64,000 nt of DNA, from NCBI GenBank assembly GCA_009784815.1, contig WQXN01000001.1, positions 140,876 through 204,875 of the forward strand, given 5' to 3'. A program made the translations under genes and the position numbers. This DNA comes from Alphaproteobacteria bacterium. Lineage in GTDB: Bacteria > Pseudomonadota > Alphaproteobacteria > Rs-D84. Under the pieces are notes generated by a model. It was not told the DNA's origin and did no database searches. It worked only from the letters and a program-made list of their open reading frames with translations. This document shows positions 48,389 through 57,172 of the stretch, in pieces. Positions within the stretch are counted from its first letter, which is position 1. Each line of letters begins with the position of its first letter.

Positions 48389-48943
48389 ATGAAAATGGCA
48401 AGAATGCAAAACAATATGCAGGGCGACAATCTGACCGACAAGCTGGTTCATATCAACCGCGTGTCGAAAACAGTTAAGGGTGGAAAAAACTTTTCTTTCT
48501 CGGCTTTGGTCGTAGTAGGAGATAAGGCCGGAAAGATAGGATTCGGCTTGGGCAAGGCTTTGGAAATTCAGGCCGCCGTTCAGAAGGCCACCAAGGCGGC
48601 CAAGCGCGCCATGATCTATGTGCCTTTGAAGGAAGGTCGCACTTTGCACCACGATATGTCCGCGAAATTCGGAGCGGGACAGGTTGTCATCCGCTCGGCC
48701 TCTCAGGGAACCGGAGTCATCGCGGGCGGAGCGCTGAGAGCCGTGTTCGAATGTTTGGGCGTGACGGACGTCGTGTCCAAGTCCAAGGGTACCAACAATC
48801 CGTACAACGTTGTGCGCGCAGTGTTCGCAGCTTTTGCGAAAATGAATTCGCCCAAAACCGTGGCGGCTCGCCGCGGCAAGCCGGTGGTTGATATAATCGC
48901 CGCGCGCGATGGAAAATCCGCGACGGAAGTCACCGCTGAATAA
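48389..48943 (+). CDS. rpsE: 30S ribosomal protein S5
   Basis: [24 protein letters not shown]...GTGVIAGG. Confidence 0.95.
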   Translation: MKMARMQNNMQGDNLTDKLVHINRVSKTVKGGKNFSFSALVVVGDKAGKIGFGLGKALEIQAAVQKATKAAKRAMIYVPLKEGRTLHHDMSAKFGAGQVVIRSASQGTGVIAGGALRAVFECLGVTDVVSKSKGTNNPYNVVRAVFAAFAKMNSPKTVAARRGKPVVDIIAARDGKSATEVTAE

Positions 48944-48954
48944 GAGAGGAAAAA

Positions 48955-49131
48955 ATGAAGAAGATTAAAGTTACTCAGGTTAAAAGCAGCATCGGTGTTC
49001 CGGAAAAGCAGAAGAAAGTTCTGGCCGCTTTGTGTCTTGGACGCATCGCGAAATCCAAGGAACTGCCCGCGACCGAGTCGGTTCTTGGAATGGTTAAAAA
49101 AGTCGCGCACCTTATAAAGGTAGAGGAATAA
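48955..49131 (+). CDS. rpmD: 50S ribosomal protein L30
   Basis: 58-aa ORF read by hand, too short for the track: MKKIKVTQVKSSIGVPEKQKKVLAALCLGRI...VKKVAHLIKVEE. Confidence 0.85.
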   Translation: MKKIKVTQVKSSIGVPEKQKKVLAALCLGRIAKSKELPATESVLGMVKKVAHLIKVEE

Positions 49132-49181
49132 TAAAAAATCGTAAAAAGATAGAGAATGTAGTACAAAACAGGAAAAGTAAA

Positions 49182-50306
49182 ATGTTTAAGTCGAATGTTT
49201 ATAATGAAGTCGAAGTTATATTGGCTGATATATGGAATGAAACACAGCAGGCAGGCAAAGAAAAAATCGAAATAGCCGTTAATGCTGATGAACAGATTGG
49301 CGTTATGCGCGGCGACTTTGATCACAAAAGCGGTGATATAGTAAACTCCGGCTGGAGCTGTCATGAAGAATCTTCATACAATGAAGTTGAACAATATAAA
49401 AACGAACGCGCATACGAAGATGGGTATGCGGTCGAGGCTTATGTCCAGTTGCAGGAATATAACGAAAGGTATGAAGGCGCTGATGAAAAGCCGCTGAAAA
49501 TTAAAAAATTCTATGACATGGAAACTGACGATGTTATAGATGAAGAAGAGGCGGTTTATAATATCAAGGGCACGGCAAGGGAAACGCGCAAAAAACTTCG
49601 TCGCAAAGACAAGAAAAAGATTTTCGTAAATCCGTACATGGAAAACGAAGTCGCGAAGCTGAGCGAAGAATTCGAAAGGCTGTCGAAAGCCATCAGGAAT
49701 GCAGTCAAGATGATTAATGATTTGAAAAATCATAAGTCGATCAATTTGTTGAACTGTCACAAAATTTTATTTTTGGTAGCCTTCATTCAAAAGGCCGCGC
49801 CGCGCAAGGAGGCTATAGCCGAAGTGTTGGCGGACAGTAAAAAAGTCGTAAAGATTGCAAGGGCCAATGCCAGAAAAGCCAAGGAAGTCATGCTTGATAA
49901 TGCCGAGCTTCTTGTAGGGTTGTCGGCCGAGGCCGCGACGATCATAGCGGATATTACTCGCGTGCGTTTGGCCAATGCTGCCAAAGCTTCCAAGAGGAGG
50001 GTATCAAGAATCGAAAATGGAAAACCCAAAGTTGCAAAGCTTGCTGAAGCGACTTGTGATTTCAATTATACTTCCAATGAAAATATCCAAATCGGAATAG
50101 AGGAATCTTCGCAGGGCTTTGTGAACAGGCAGACGCATATTGCTTGCGCGCAGAAGCCTACGGTTGTGCAGGGTTCCAATAAATCCGCTGGTAGACAGCC
50201 CGCTCTGTTCGCGCAGAATACTTATGCGCACGGCGTTAACGCGGTTCGGCTGAATTTGGATAAACGGGTAAGTCACTTTAATAAAAGCTATGTTAAAGTT
50301 GCTTAA
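49182..50306 (+). CDS. hypothetical 374-aa protein inserted in the spc operon
   Basis: Long same-strand ORF 50 nt after rpmD and 23 nt before rplO. AGGAAAAG RBS. Highly charged, helix-prone sequence with no recognisable motif. AT-richer than neighbours. Confidence 0.55.
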   Translation: MFKSNVYNEVEVILADIWNETQQAGKEKIEIAVNADEQIGVMRGDFDHKSGDIVNSGWSCHEESSYNEVEQYKNERAYEDGYAVEAYVQLQEYNERYEGADEKPLKIKKFYDMETDDVIDEEEAVYNIKGTARETRKKLRRKDKKKIFVNPYMENEVAKLSEEFERLSKAIRNAVKMINDLKNHKSINLLNCHKILFLVAFIQKAAPRKEAIAEVLADSKKVVKIARANARKAKEVMLDNAELLVGLSAEAATIIADITRVRLANAAKASKRRVSRIENGKPKVAKLAEATCDFNYTSNENIQIGIEESSQGFVNRQTHIACAQKPTVVQGSNKSAGRQPALFAQNTYAHGVNAVRLNLDKRVSHFNKSYVKVA

Positions 50307-50329
50307 TAGGGAATAAAAGGAGAAAGTAA

Positions 50330-50866
50330 ATGGCTAAACTTAACGCATTGTGCGATAACTTGGGTTCACGTCCCGGCAAAAAGCGCGTCGGGCGCGGAAT
50401 GGGTTCCGGCAAGGGCAAGACCGCCGGCCGCGGACACAAGGGGCAGAAAGCCCGTTCAGGAACTTCCGGCGTGCGCACCTTCGAAGGTGGTCAGACGCCG
50501 ATTTATCGCCGCTTGAACAAGATCGGATTCTTTAACATCTTCCGCAAGAATTTCGCCGAAATCAATATCGGAAAAATCGAAAAAGCGATTGAAGAAAAAA
50601 AGCTTGTCGCGGACAAGGTTATTGACGTCGCCGCTTTGCAGACCGCAAGGCTTATTAATCGCGCCGAAGGCGGATTGAAAGTCCTTGGCGAGGGTAAACT
50701 TACCAAGGCTTTGAAAATCGAAGCCGTCAAGTGGACCAAATCCGCCGAGGAAGCTATTAAAAAAGCTGGCGGATCCATCGCGGCTCCGGCCAAGAAAGAA
50801 CCAAAAGCCAAGGCCGAAAAGCCCGCTGCGAAAAAGGTTGTGAAGAAAAAAGCGGTTAAGAAGTAA
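50330..50866 (+). CDS. rplO: 50S ribosomal protein L15 (Lys/Ala-rich tail)
   Basis: GRGMGSGKGKTAGRGHKGQKARSG. Confidence 0.95.
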   Translation: MAKLNALCDNLGSRPGKKRVGRGMGSGKGKTAGRGHKGQKARSGTSGVRTFEGGQTPIYRRLNKIGFFNIFRKNFAEINIGKIEKAIEEKKLVADKVIDVAALQTARLINRAEGGLKVLGEGKLTKALKIEAVKWTKSAEEAIKKAGGSIAAPAKKEPKAKAEKPAAKKVVKKKAVKK

Positions 50867-52188
50867 TGAGTCTGTTTAACGGAGTCTTTTCTAAGATGTC
50901 GGATCTGCAAAAGCGGATAGTGTTCACGCTTCTTGCCTTGCTGATCTATCGCATAGGTTCATTTATACCTTTGCCGGGCGTCAACGCGTCCGCCGTTATG
51001 CACTTGTTCCAGGGCGACTTCGGGTTGATGGGTATGTTCGACGCTTTTTCGGGTGGAAGCTTGTCGCGTATGAGCATTATGGCTTTGAATATATTCCCCT
51101 ACATTTCGGCAAGCATCGTAATACAGCTTCTTACCGCTACGTCCAAAGGTCTGGCCGAACTTCGCAAAGAAGGCGAATCCGGCCGCATAAAAATCAACCA
51201 GTACACCCGCTATCTTGCCGTGGTGCTTTGCGCCGTTCAGGCTTGGGCGGTGGCTTCGGGTCTCGAGGCTATGGCTCCGGTAAACGGTCAATTCGCGGTT
51301 ATAAATCCTGGTCTTGGGTTTAAGATTTCCACCGTCATTGCTCTGGTCGGAGGCACCGCTTTCGTCATGTGGCTGGCCGAACAGATCACCGCCCGCGGCA
51401 TAGGTCAGGGCGCGTCCCTGCTTATTATGGCGGGTATAATTGCCGAAGTTCCGGGCGGGCTTATCCGCTTGCTTGAGCTGGGCGGAGTAGGGCAGATTTC
51501 TCCTTTCATGATGATATTGATTATCGCTTTCGTCATAGGAATTATCGCTTTGATCGCGTTCTTCGAGCAGGCTCAGCGGCGCATTCAAATCCTATATCCG
51601 CGTCAGACGGCCGCCATGGGCGGGGCCGCTGCGCAGGCCAGCAGTTCGTATTTGCCGCTTAAGGTCAATATGTCCGGAGTCATGGGTCCTGTATTCGCGT
51701 CGTCCATTATGATGCTTCCCGCGTTCGTCGGAAAATTCGCCACCAGCGACAACGTTTATGTTCAGCAGCTGCTTGCTTTCTTTACTTATGGCACTTGGTC
51801 CTATATAGGTTTGTTCACATTGCTTGTCGCGTTCTTCGCGTTCTTCCAGACCGCCGTTATATTCAATTCCGAAGACACCGCAAACCAGCTGAAAAACAAC
51901 GGCGGATATATTCCGGGAATCCGCCCGGGCGAACAGACCCAGCATTTTCTGGACAATCTTGTATCCCGCACAACCGTAATAGGCGTATTGTACTTGGTCG
52001 CGGTCTGCGTGGTGCCGATCGTGCTTAACGCACAGTTCGGAGTGCCGATTATGATCGGCGGAACCTCGGTTTTAATCGTCGCCGGTGTCGCGCTTGACAC
52101 TATGACGCAGATACAATCTCATTTGATCGCCAAGCAGTATGCTTCCGTGATCAAGAAAGCAAACAGGAGAGGGCGCTTTAGGGTATAA
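50866..52188 (+). CDS. secY: preprotein translocase subunit SecY
   Basis: 440-aa polytopic protein. GIGQGASLLIMAGI. Position after rplO. Confidence 0.95.
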   Translation: MSLFNGVFSKMSDLQKRIVFTLLALLIYRIGSFIPLPGVNASAVMHLFQGDFGLMGMFDAFSGGSLSRMSIMALNIFPYISASIVIQLLTATSKGLAELRKEGESGRIKINQYTRYLAVVLCAVQAWAVASGLEAMAPVNGQFAVINPGLGFKISTVIALVGGTAFVMWLAEQITARGIGQGASLLIMAGIIAEVPGGLIRLLELGGVGQISPFMMILIIAFVIGIIALIAFFEQAQRRIQILYPRQTAAMGGAAAQASSSYLPLKVNMSGVMGPVFASSIMMLPAFVGKFATSDNVYVQQLLAFFTYGTWSYIGLFTLLVAFFAFFQTAVIFNSEDTANQLKNNGGYIPGIRPGEQTQHFLDNLVSRTTVIGVLYLVAVCVVPIVLNAQFGVPIMIGGTSVLIVAGVALDTMTQIQSHLIAKQYASVIKKANRRGRFRV

Positions 52189-52258
52189 AAAACCAATATC
52201 CTATTGACTTTCCCCATATTTCGGTTACAATAGCCGAACTAATAAAAAGGAGCGTAAA

Positions 52259-52636
52259 TTGGCACGTATAGCTGGTGTTAATATCCCGACAGAAAAAAGA
52301 ATCGAGACAAGCCTTACTTATATTTATGGCATAGGCCCCGTCCGAGCGAAACAGATCTGCAAGGCCTTGAAATTCAAGACGGAACTGAGGACCAAGGATC
52401 TTACCGACGCGGACATAATCAATATCCGCAATTATATAGAAAAGAACCTGAAAGTCGAAGGCGACGTAAGAAAAGAAACCGCAATGAACATCAAGCGTCT
52501 TCAGGACCTTAAGGCATACCGCGGAATTCGCCACAGGAACCGCTTGCCGGTTCGCGGGCAGCGCACGCGCACCAACGCGCGCACAAGAAAGGGCAAGCGC
52601 GTGGCTGTCGCCGGCGCGTCTTCAAAGGGTAAATAA
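52259..52636 (+). CDS. rpsM: 30S ribosomal protein S13
   Basis: ARIAGVNIP...YRGIRHR. TTG start after AAAGGAG. Confidence 0.9.
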   Translation: MARIAGVNIPTEKRIETSLTYIYGIGPVRAKQICKALKFKTELRTKDLTDADIINIRNYIEKNLKVEGDVRKETAMNIKRLQDLKAYRGIRHRNRLPVRGQRTRTNARTRKGKRVAVAGASSKGK

Positions 52637-52651
52637 TTAGGAGCTAAATAG

Positions 52652-53047
52652 ATGGCAGTAAAAGCAGCGAAAGCAACAAAGAAAAAAATAGTGCGCACAA
52701 AGGTGGGGCATGCGATAGCGCATGTGCTTGCCACCTTTAACAACACCCGCATAACTTTGACCGATATGTCGGGACAGGTTTTGTGCTGGGGAACTTCGGG
52801 CGCGGCGGGATTCAAATCCGCCAAGAAATCGACTCCGTACGCGGCCACCATCGTCGCCGAGAGTCTTGCCAAGAAGGCCGCCGACATGGGTGTCAAAACC
52901 GTCGATGTTCTTATGCGCGGCCCCGGTAACGGACGCGAGGCCGCCGTGCGCGGACTTGGCAACGCCGGAATCACTGTGAATTCTATAACGGATACGACGC
53001 GCGTTCCGCACAACGGATGCCGCGCGAAGAAAGTGCGCCGCGTTTAG
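52652..53047 (+). CDS. rpsK: 30S ribosomal protein S11
   Basis: TFNNTRITLTD...PHNGCR. Confidence 0.95.
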   Translation: MAVKAAKATKKKIVRTKVGHAIAHVLATFNNTRITLTDMSGQVLCWGTSGAAGFKSAKKSTPYAATIVAESLAKKAADMGVKTVDVLMRGPGNGREAAVRGLGNAGITVNSITDTTRVPHNGCRAKKVRRV

Positions 53048-53126
53048 GCGGCCGGATATTGCCGGTCGCGCGCTTGGCGCTTGCCCGGGATGACAATTGT
53101 TTTATTAATTAACAAAAGGATTTGGA

Positions 53127-54158
53127 ATGATCGAAAAAAACTGGACTACTTTAAGCAAGCCGAAAAAACTGGAAATAAAAGTTAATGTCGACAATCCGAA
53201 CCTTGCGACTATAACCGCGAAACCTTTGGAGAAGGGTTTTGGAAACACCATAGGCACCGCGCTTCGCCGCGTGCTGCTGTCCAGCCTTCAGGGTTGCGCT
53301 CCGCGTTCGATCCGCATCGACGGCGTTCAGCACGAGTTCTCTTCGATAAGCGGAGTTCGCGAAGACGTGCCTGATATAATCTTGAATCTTAAGGGCGTTT
53401 ATTTCAAGGCCGAGACCGACACGAATCTTAAAGCGACTTTGAAGGCGAAGGGCCCGATGGTTGTAACCAGCGGAATGATCGAATGTTCCAGCGGTTTGGA
53501 AGTCGTGAACAAAGACGCCGTGATCTGCCATATGTCCGAAGGATCGTCCTTGAATATGGAGATCAACCTGGGATTGGGCAAGGGATATGTTCCCGCCGAG
53601 CAGAACGCCGCCGAAGGCGATCCGATCGGATTCATCGCCGTTGATTCCATTTACTCTCCGGTTCTTAACGTCGCGATCGAAGTGTCCGAAACGCGCGTAG
53701 GGCAAAGGGTTGACTTCGACCAGTTGGTTATGAATGTCAAGACCAATGGAACGGTGTCGCCGGAAGACGCCGTGGCGTTCGCCGCGCGCATAGTCAGCGA
53801 TCAGATGAATCCCTTCATCAATTTCGAAGACACGACCGTAGAAGAAGTAAAGGATGAAAAGGACAGCCTGATCGCAAGCTTGCCGTTCAATCCTAAGCTG
53901 CTGAAGCACGTCGATGAATTGGAACTGTCCGTTCGCGCGAATAACTGCTTGAAGAACGACAAGATCAACTATATCGGCGAGCTGGTTCAGAAGACCGAGA
54001 ACGATATGTTGAAGACTCCGAACTTTGGCCGCAAGTCCTTGAACGAAATCAAGGCGCAGCTGGAAGCCATGGGTTTGACTTTTGGCATGGAAGTTCCTGG
54101 CTGGCCGCCCGAGAATATCGCGGAACTCTCTCGCAAGTTCGAGAATCCGTATAAATAA
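53127..54158 (+). CDS. rpoA: DNA-directed RNA polymerase subunit alpha
   Basis: [17 protein letters not shown] and C-terminal [11 protein letters not shown]. 343 aa. Confidence 0.95.
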   Translation: MIEKNWTTLSKPKKLEIKVNVDNPNLATITAKPLEKGFGNTIGTALRRVLLSSLQGCAPRSIRIDGVQHEFSSISGVREDVPDIILNLKGVYFKAETDTNLKATLKAKGPMVVTSGMIECSSGLEVVNKDAVICHMSEGSSLNMEINLGLGKGYVPAEQNAAEGDPIGFIAVDSIYSPVLNVAIEVSETRVGQRVDFDQLVMNVKTNGTVSPEDAVAFAARIVSDQMNPFINFEDTTVEEVKDEKDSLIASLPFNPKLLKHVDELELSVRANNCLKNDKINYIGELVQKTENDMLKTPNFGRKSLNEIKAQLEAMGLTFGMEVPGWPPENIAELSRKFENPYK

Positions 54159-54163
54159 AAATA

Positions 54164-54190
54164 ACCGCCCGAAAGGGCGGTCTTTTTCTT
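54164..54190 (+). terminator. intrinsic terminator after rpoA
   Basis: accgccc-gaaa-gggcggt followed by ctttttctt. Confidence 0.7.
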
Positions 54191-54222
54191 TATAAAAATT
54201 TGACTTTTATTAAACCGGGTTT

Positions 54223-55140
54223 TTATCTGAAATTCCATTCTGCGGCATGCTTAATTATTGGGCAAATTTTCATTTGTTTGGTATCAAGCTGCTTGTATTT
54301 ATCCTCGCATTTCTTGCAGTCCAGATGCGCAAGATTTCCGGAATCCTTGGCGTAGTCTCCGTAAAATTTTGCAAGTATGTCATAAAAAGGCGAACGTATA
54401 AGATTTGTCATGCAGAAAAGCCCTTTTAAATTCAGGTCGTATATGGAAACGTCGTTGTAATCGAGTTCTTTGAAAAAGCGCGCGGTTGCTTCATAATCGC
54501 CGGAAGCGGCGCGGCATATGTTGTAAACTACTTCGAAACTCCATGTTCCGTTTTCTATAAAATTTTCCATGGTTCGCTCGGAGTCCAAAATGCGGAGATA
54601 TTTCAGTTCGGCTATCATTGTATCCGAAGCTTTGTCATGGTTCTTTCTTTCATATCTTCCGTATTTCGAATCTTCTATAAGAAGATATGCCATGGATCCT
54701 TCTTTGATTATACGTCCGTATTTGTCGTTCATATCGTGTACGGAATAGGCCGTCATGTTTTCCGTGTCTGCGACTTTTGTTTGTTCTATGACAATAAGAA
54801 GCGATCCGTTTATGTATTTTGTATTGAATGTCTGCTCGTACGAGGCATTTGCGCTGATATGGTGTATGTGTTCCAATTTTCTGCAATCTGAAATGTCCTT
54901 GATCGATATTTGGGTTGATGATGGAAGCGTGATGCTGGTGACGCCCGTATAGTTCAAAGCAAGGGACATATCGCGCAGGTTGCTTTGGCTTGCGTCTAAC
55001 GCAAACTCGAGATTTGTTCCGAATCCTTTGAACGCGTCGTAAGCGAAGTGCGTTACATCTCTTGGGACAATGTATGTGCCGCTTATCATATCCGACGGGT
55101 CCGCAAGTATAAGGGTGTTGTTTTCTATTTGTGAGGACAT
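54223..55140 (-). CDS. hypothetical protein, paralog A (possible BspA-type LRR-like N-terminal unit, Cys-containing C terminus)
   Basis: 305 aa. GTYIVPRDVTHFAYDAFKG...TGVTSITLP aligns with paralog B. C terminus CKKCEDKY...KICP. Confidence 0.5.
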   Translation of the reverse strand: MSSQIENNTLILADPSDMISGTYIVPRDVTHFAYDAFKGFGTNLEFALDASQSNLRDMSLALNYTGVTSITLPSSTQISIKDISDCRKLEHIHHISANASYEQTFNTKYINGSLLIVIEQTKVADTENMTAYSVHDMNDKYGRIIKEGSMAYLLIEDSKYGRYERKNHDKASDTMIAELKYLRILDSERTMENFIENGTWSFEVVYNICRAASGDYEATARFFKELDYNDVSIYDLNLKGLFCMTNLIRSPFYDILAKFYGDYAKDSGNLAHLDCKKCEDKYKQLDTKQMKICPIIKHAAEWNFR

Positions 55141-55171
55141 AGCCAGGCTCCTTTGGTCATTTAGTAAGTCG

Positions 55172-55201
55172 ATACTACCCCCCCCCTAGACGTTTTGTCA
55201 A
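55172..55201 (-). promoter_or_regulatory. sigma70-like promoter with a G9 tract in the spacer
   Basis: Minus strand reads TTGACA-aaacgtcta-G x9-TAGTAT, an 18-nt spacer. The plus-strand C run is at 55178-55186. Lies 32 nt upstream of the ATG at 55140. Confidence 0.45.
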
Positions 55202-55375
55202 TCTAAAAAATACCGAGAAGGGCATTACAGATCGCAGCGGCTGATATTGTAAGACATGATGGGCAAGCCCGAATATATAAAAGATATTCCGAACGCTTGC
55301 GGAAATTTTGACGATATAAATATAGAGCCGGTTAAATTTATGTAGCGTTTGCCAGGGCAGGTTGGTTTTTAATTT

Positions 55376-56311
55376 TTAGATTATTTTCCATTTTGTGGCG
55401 GCGATTACTGCGGGGCATTTATTGCTTCGATGTTTGTCGTTATTATGGCAGATTCTACAATCCGTATTGAGCATTTTGCTTTCTTTTCCGTATTTGAGTT
55501 CCGCAAGGCAGATAAGATTTGCGTAGATTTTCGATAAGGTTAGGTTGGACAGGCATATTAGTTCCTTGAACGACATATTTCCGACTGAAATATTATTGTC
55601 CAGCATTTCCTCGAAAAAATCGTCTACGATTTCTTTTTCTTCTTCGCTCAAGCTGGATATATACACGGCTTTATGGCAGAGGCTATAAGCGGTTTGAAAA
55701 TCCATCGCTGTTAAAAAATCCATGCCTTTGAATTTTTCTTCCACTTGCGGATCGTTTGGATTCATCGTGTGAATAAGTCCGGCCTTAGCTATTTCCGGGT
55801 GTGGGTTTTGATAGGTTTTTCCGGAATTTGTATCTTGTGCTATTGCTACCTCTCTGCCTTTTTCAAGTCGTCCGTTTGAAGTTTCTATATGGAATGCTTT
55901 GTGTAGCTTTATGTTTTCGCAGATAATTTTTTCGTCTTCAGTTATGAATAACTTTCCGCATAGTTTTTTTACTTCGAAAAACGTTTCGTTGAATTTATCG
56001 CAATCCGCCTGACGTATATATTTCAATTTTTTGCAATAACTAACCAAAGTTATGGTAAGCGGAGCGCTATACGGAAGTGATATGCTTGTAACTCCTGTTC
56101 TGCGAAAAGCGTCGTATTCAACTTCTCTCAGATTGGATTTTTCTTCAAAATCTATTACAAAATCTGAATCTTCTTTAAAGTCACAGAAAGCGTAACCGCG
56201 TATTACGTTTACATCTTTGGGAATAAAATACACGCCGTTGGGGTTGATGTCTGTCGGGTGTACGTATTCCAAGTAATTAATTCCGTCGATGGTCGTTATT
56301 CTTGTAGGCAT
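55376..56311 (-). CDS. hypothetical protein, paralog B
   Basis: 311 aa. GVYFIPKDVNVIRGYAFCD...TGVTSISLP. C terminus CRICHNNDKHRSNKCP. Confidence 0.5.
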   Translation of the reverse strand: MPTRITTIDGINYLEYVHPTDINPNGVYFIPKDVNVIRGYAFCDFKEDSDFVIDFEEKSNLREVEYDAFRRTGVTSISLPYSAPLTITLVSYCKKLKYIRQADCDKFNETFFEVKKLCGKLFITEDEKIICENIKLHKAFHIETSNGRLEKGREVAIAQDTNSGKTYQNPHPEIAKAGLIHTMNPNDPQVEEKFKGMDFLTAMDFQTAYSLCHKAVYISSLSEEEKEIVDDFFEEMLDNNISVGNMSFKELICLSNLTLSKIYANLICLAELKYGKESKMLNTDCRICHNNDKHRSNKCPAVIAATKWKII

Positions 56312-56333
56312 TGCATTCCTCTTGTTTGATTAC

Positions 56334-56361
56334 ATGATAATGTAAATATTCATTTTGTCAA
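56334..56361 (-). promoter_or_regulatory. sigma70-like promoter of paralog B
   Basis: Minus strand reads TTGACA-16 nt-TATCAT, then an AGAGGA RBS. Confidence 0.4.
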
Positions 56362-56414
56362 TATAAAAATTACAATGGAAGGCGGTTGCCTGTGTTTATC
56401 AAAGCAAAGAATAG

Positions 56415-56443
56415 TTGACTTTTTGGCGGGGGTGGGTTAAAAT
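56415..56443 (+). promoter_or_regulatory. sigma70-like promoter of rplQ
   Basis: TTGACT-17 nt-TAAAAT. Shares AATAG..TTGACTTTTTGG with the str promoter at 35714. Confidence 0.5.
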
Positions 56444-56534
56444 CCTTGCGAACTAATAATGTCCAAGGTGCTGAAAGTCAGGCTTTGGCTATGTATAATC
56501 CCCCAAGTGGGGCAGAAACGCAAAAGGAGCGAAT

Positions 56535-57065
56535 ATGAGACATAAAATGTCAGGACGTAAATTCAGCCGCGATCACAATGCCAGAAAGGCCTTGTTTCTT
56601 GGACTGTCAAAAGCCTTGATCCAGCGCGAGCAGATCAAGACTACTTTGCCTAAAGCCAAAGACCTTCGCTCGATCGTCGAGAAAATAATCACAAATGCGC
56701 GTGTCGACAATGTCGCCAACCGCCGCAACTTAAATGCGTTTTTGCGAGACGAGACTTTGGTTAAAAAAGTATTCGAAGTTTTGGCCCCGCGTTATGCCAA
56801 GCGTCCGGGAGGATATACCCGGGTGTTGAAAGCCGGATTCCGTTATGGAGATGCCGCTCCGATGGCGATAATTGAATTTGTCGACCGCGATGTCGCCGCC
56901 AAGGCCGCAGGTCAGAAAAAGGAAGAAAAGAAAGAAGCGAAAGATTCCAAGGCTGTCGCGCCGAAAAAGGCTGCCGCTAAGGTCGCCAAAGATTCCGGAG
57001 TCAAAGCTACGACTACGGGTGCGACTAAGACGCCGACTATACGTCGCCGCGCTTCGGGAAGCTGA
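56535..57065 (+). CDS. rplQ: 50S ribosomal protein L17 (Lys/Ala-rich tail)
   Basis: [20 protein letters not shown]...GGYTRV. Confidence 0.95.
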   Translation: MRHKMSGRKFSRDHNARKALFLGLSKALIQREQIKTTLPKAKDLRSIVEKIITNARVDNVANRRNLNAFLRDETLVKKVFEVLAPRYAKRPGGYTRVLKAGFRYGDAAPMAIIEFVDRDVAAKAAGQKKEEKKEAKDSKAVAPKKAAAKVAKDSGVKATTTGATKTPTIRRRASGS

Positions 57066-57088
57066 TTGCCTGTAAAAAGGCATATAAA

Positions 57089-57115
57089 TCGCCCGGAGCA
57101 ATCCGGGCGATTTTT
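57089..57115 (+). terminator. intrinsic terminator after rplQ
   Basis: tcgcccgga-gcaa-tccgggcga followed by ttttt. Confidence 0.7.
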
Positions 57116-57172
57116 CATTGCAAAGCTATAAAAACAAAAGTAAAATTAAAACAATAAAAAAGGAACTAAAAA

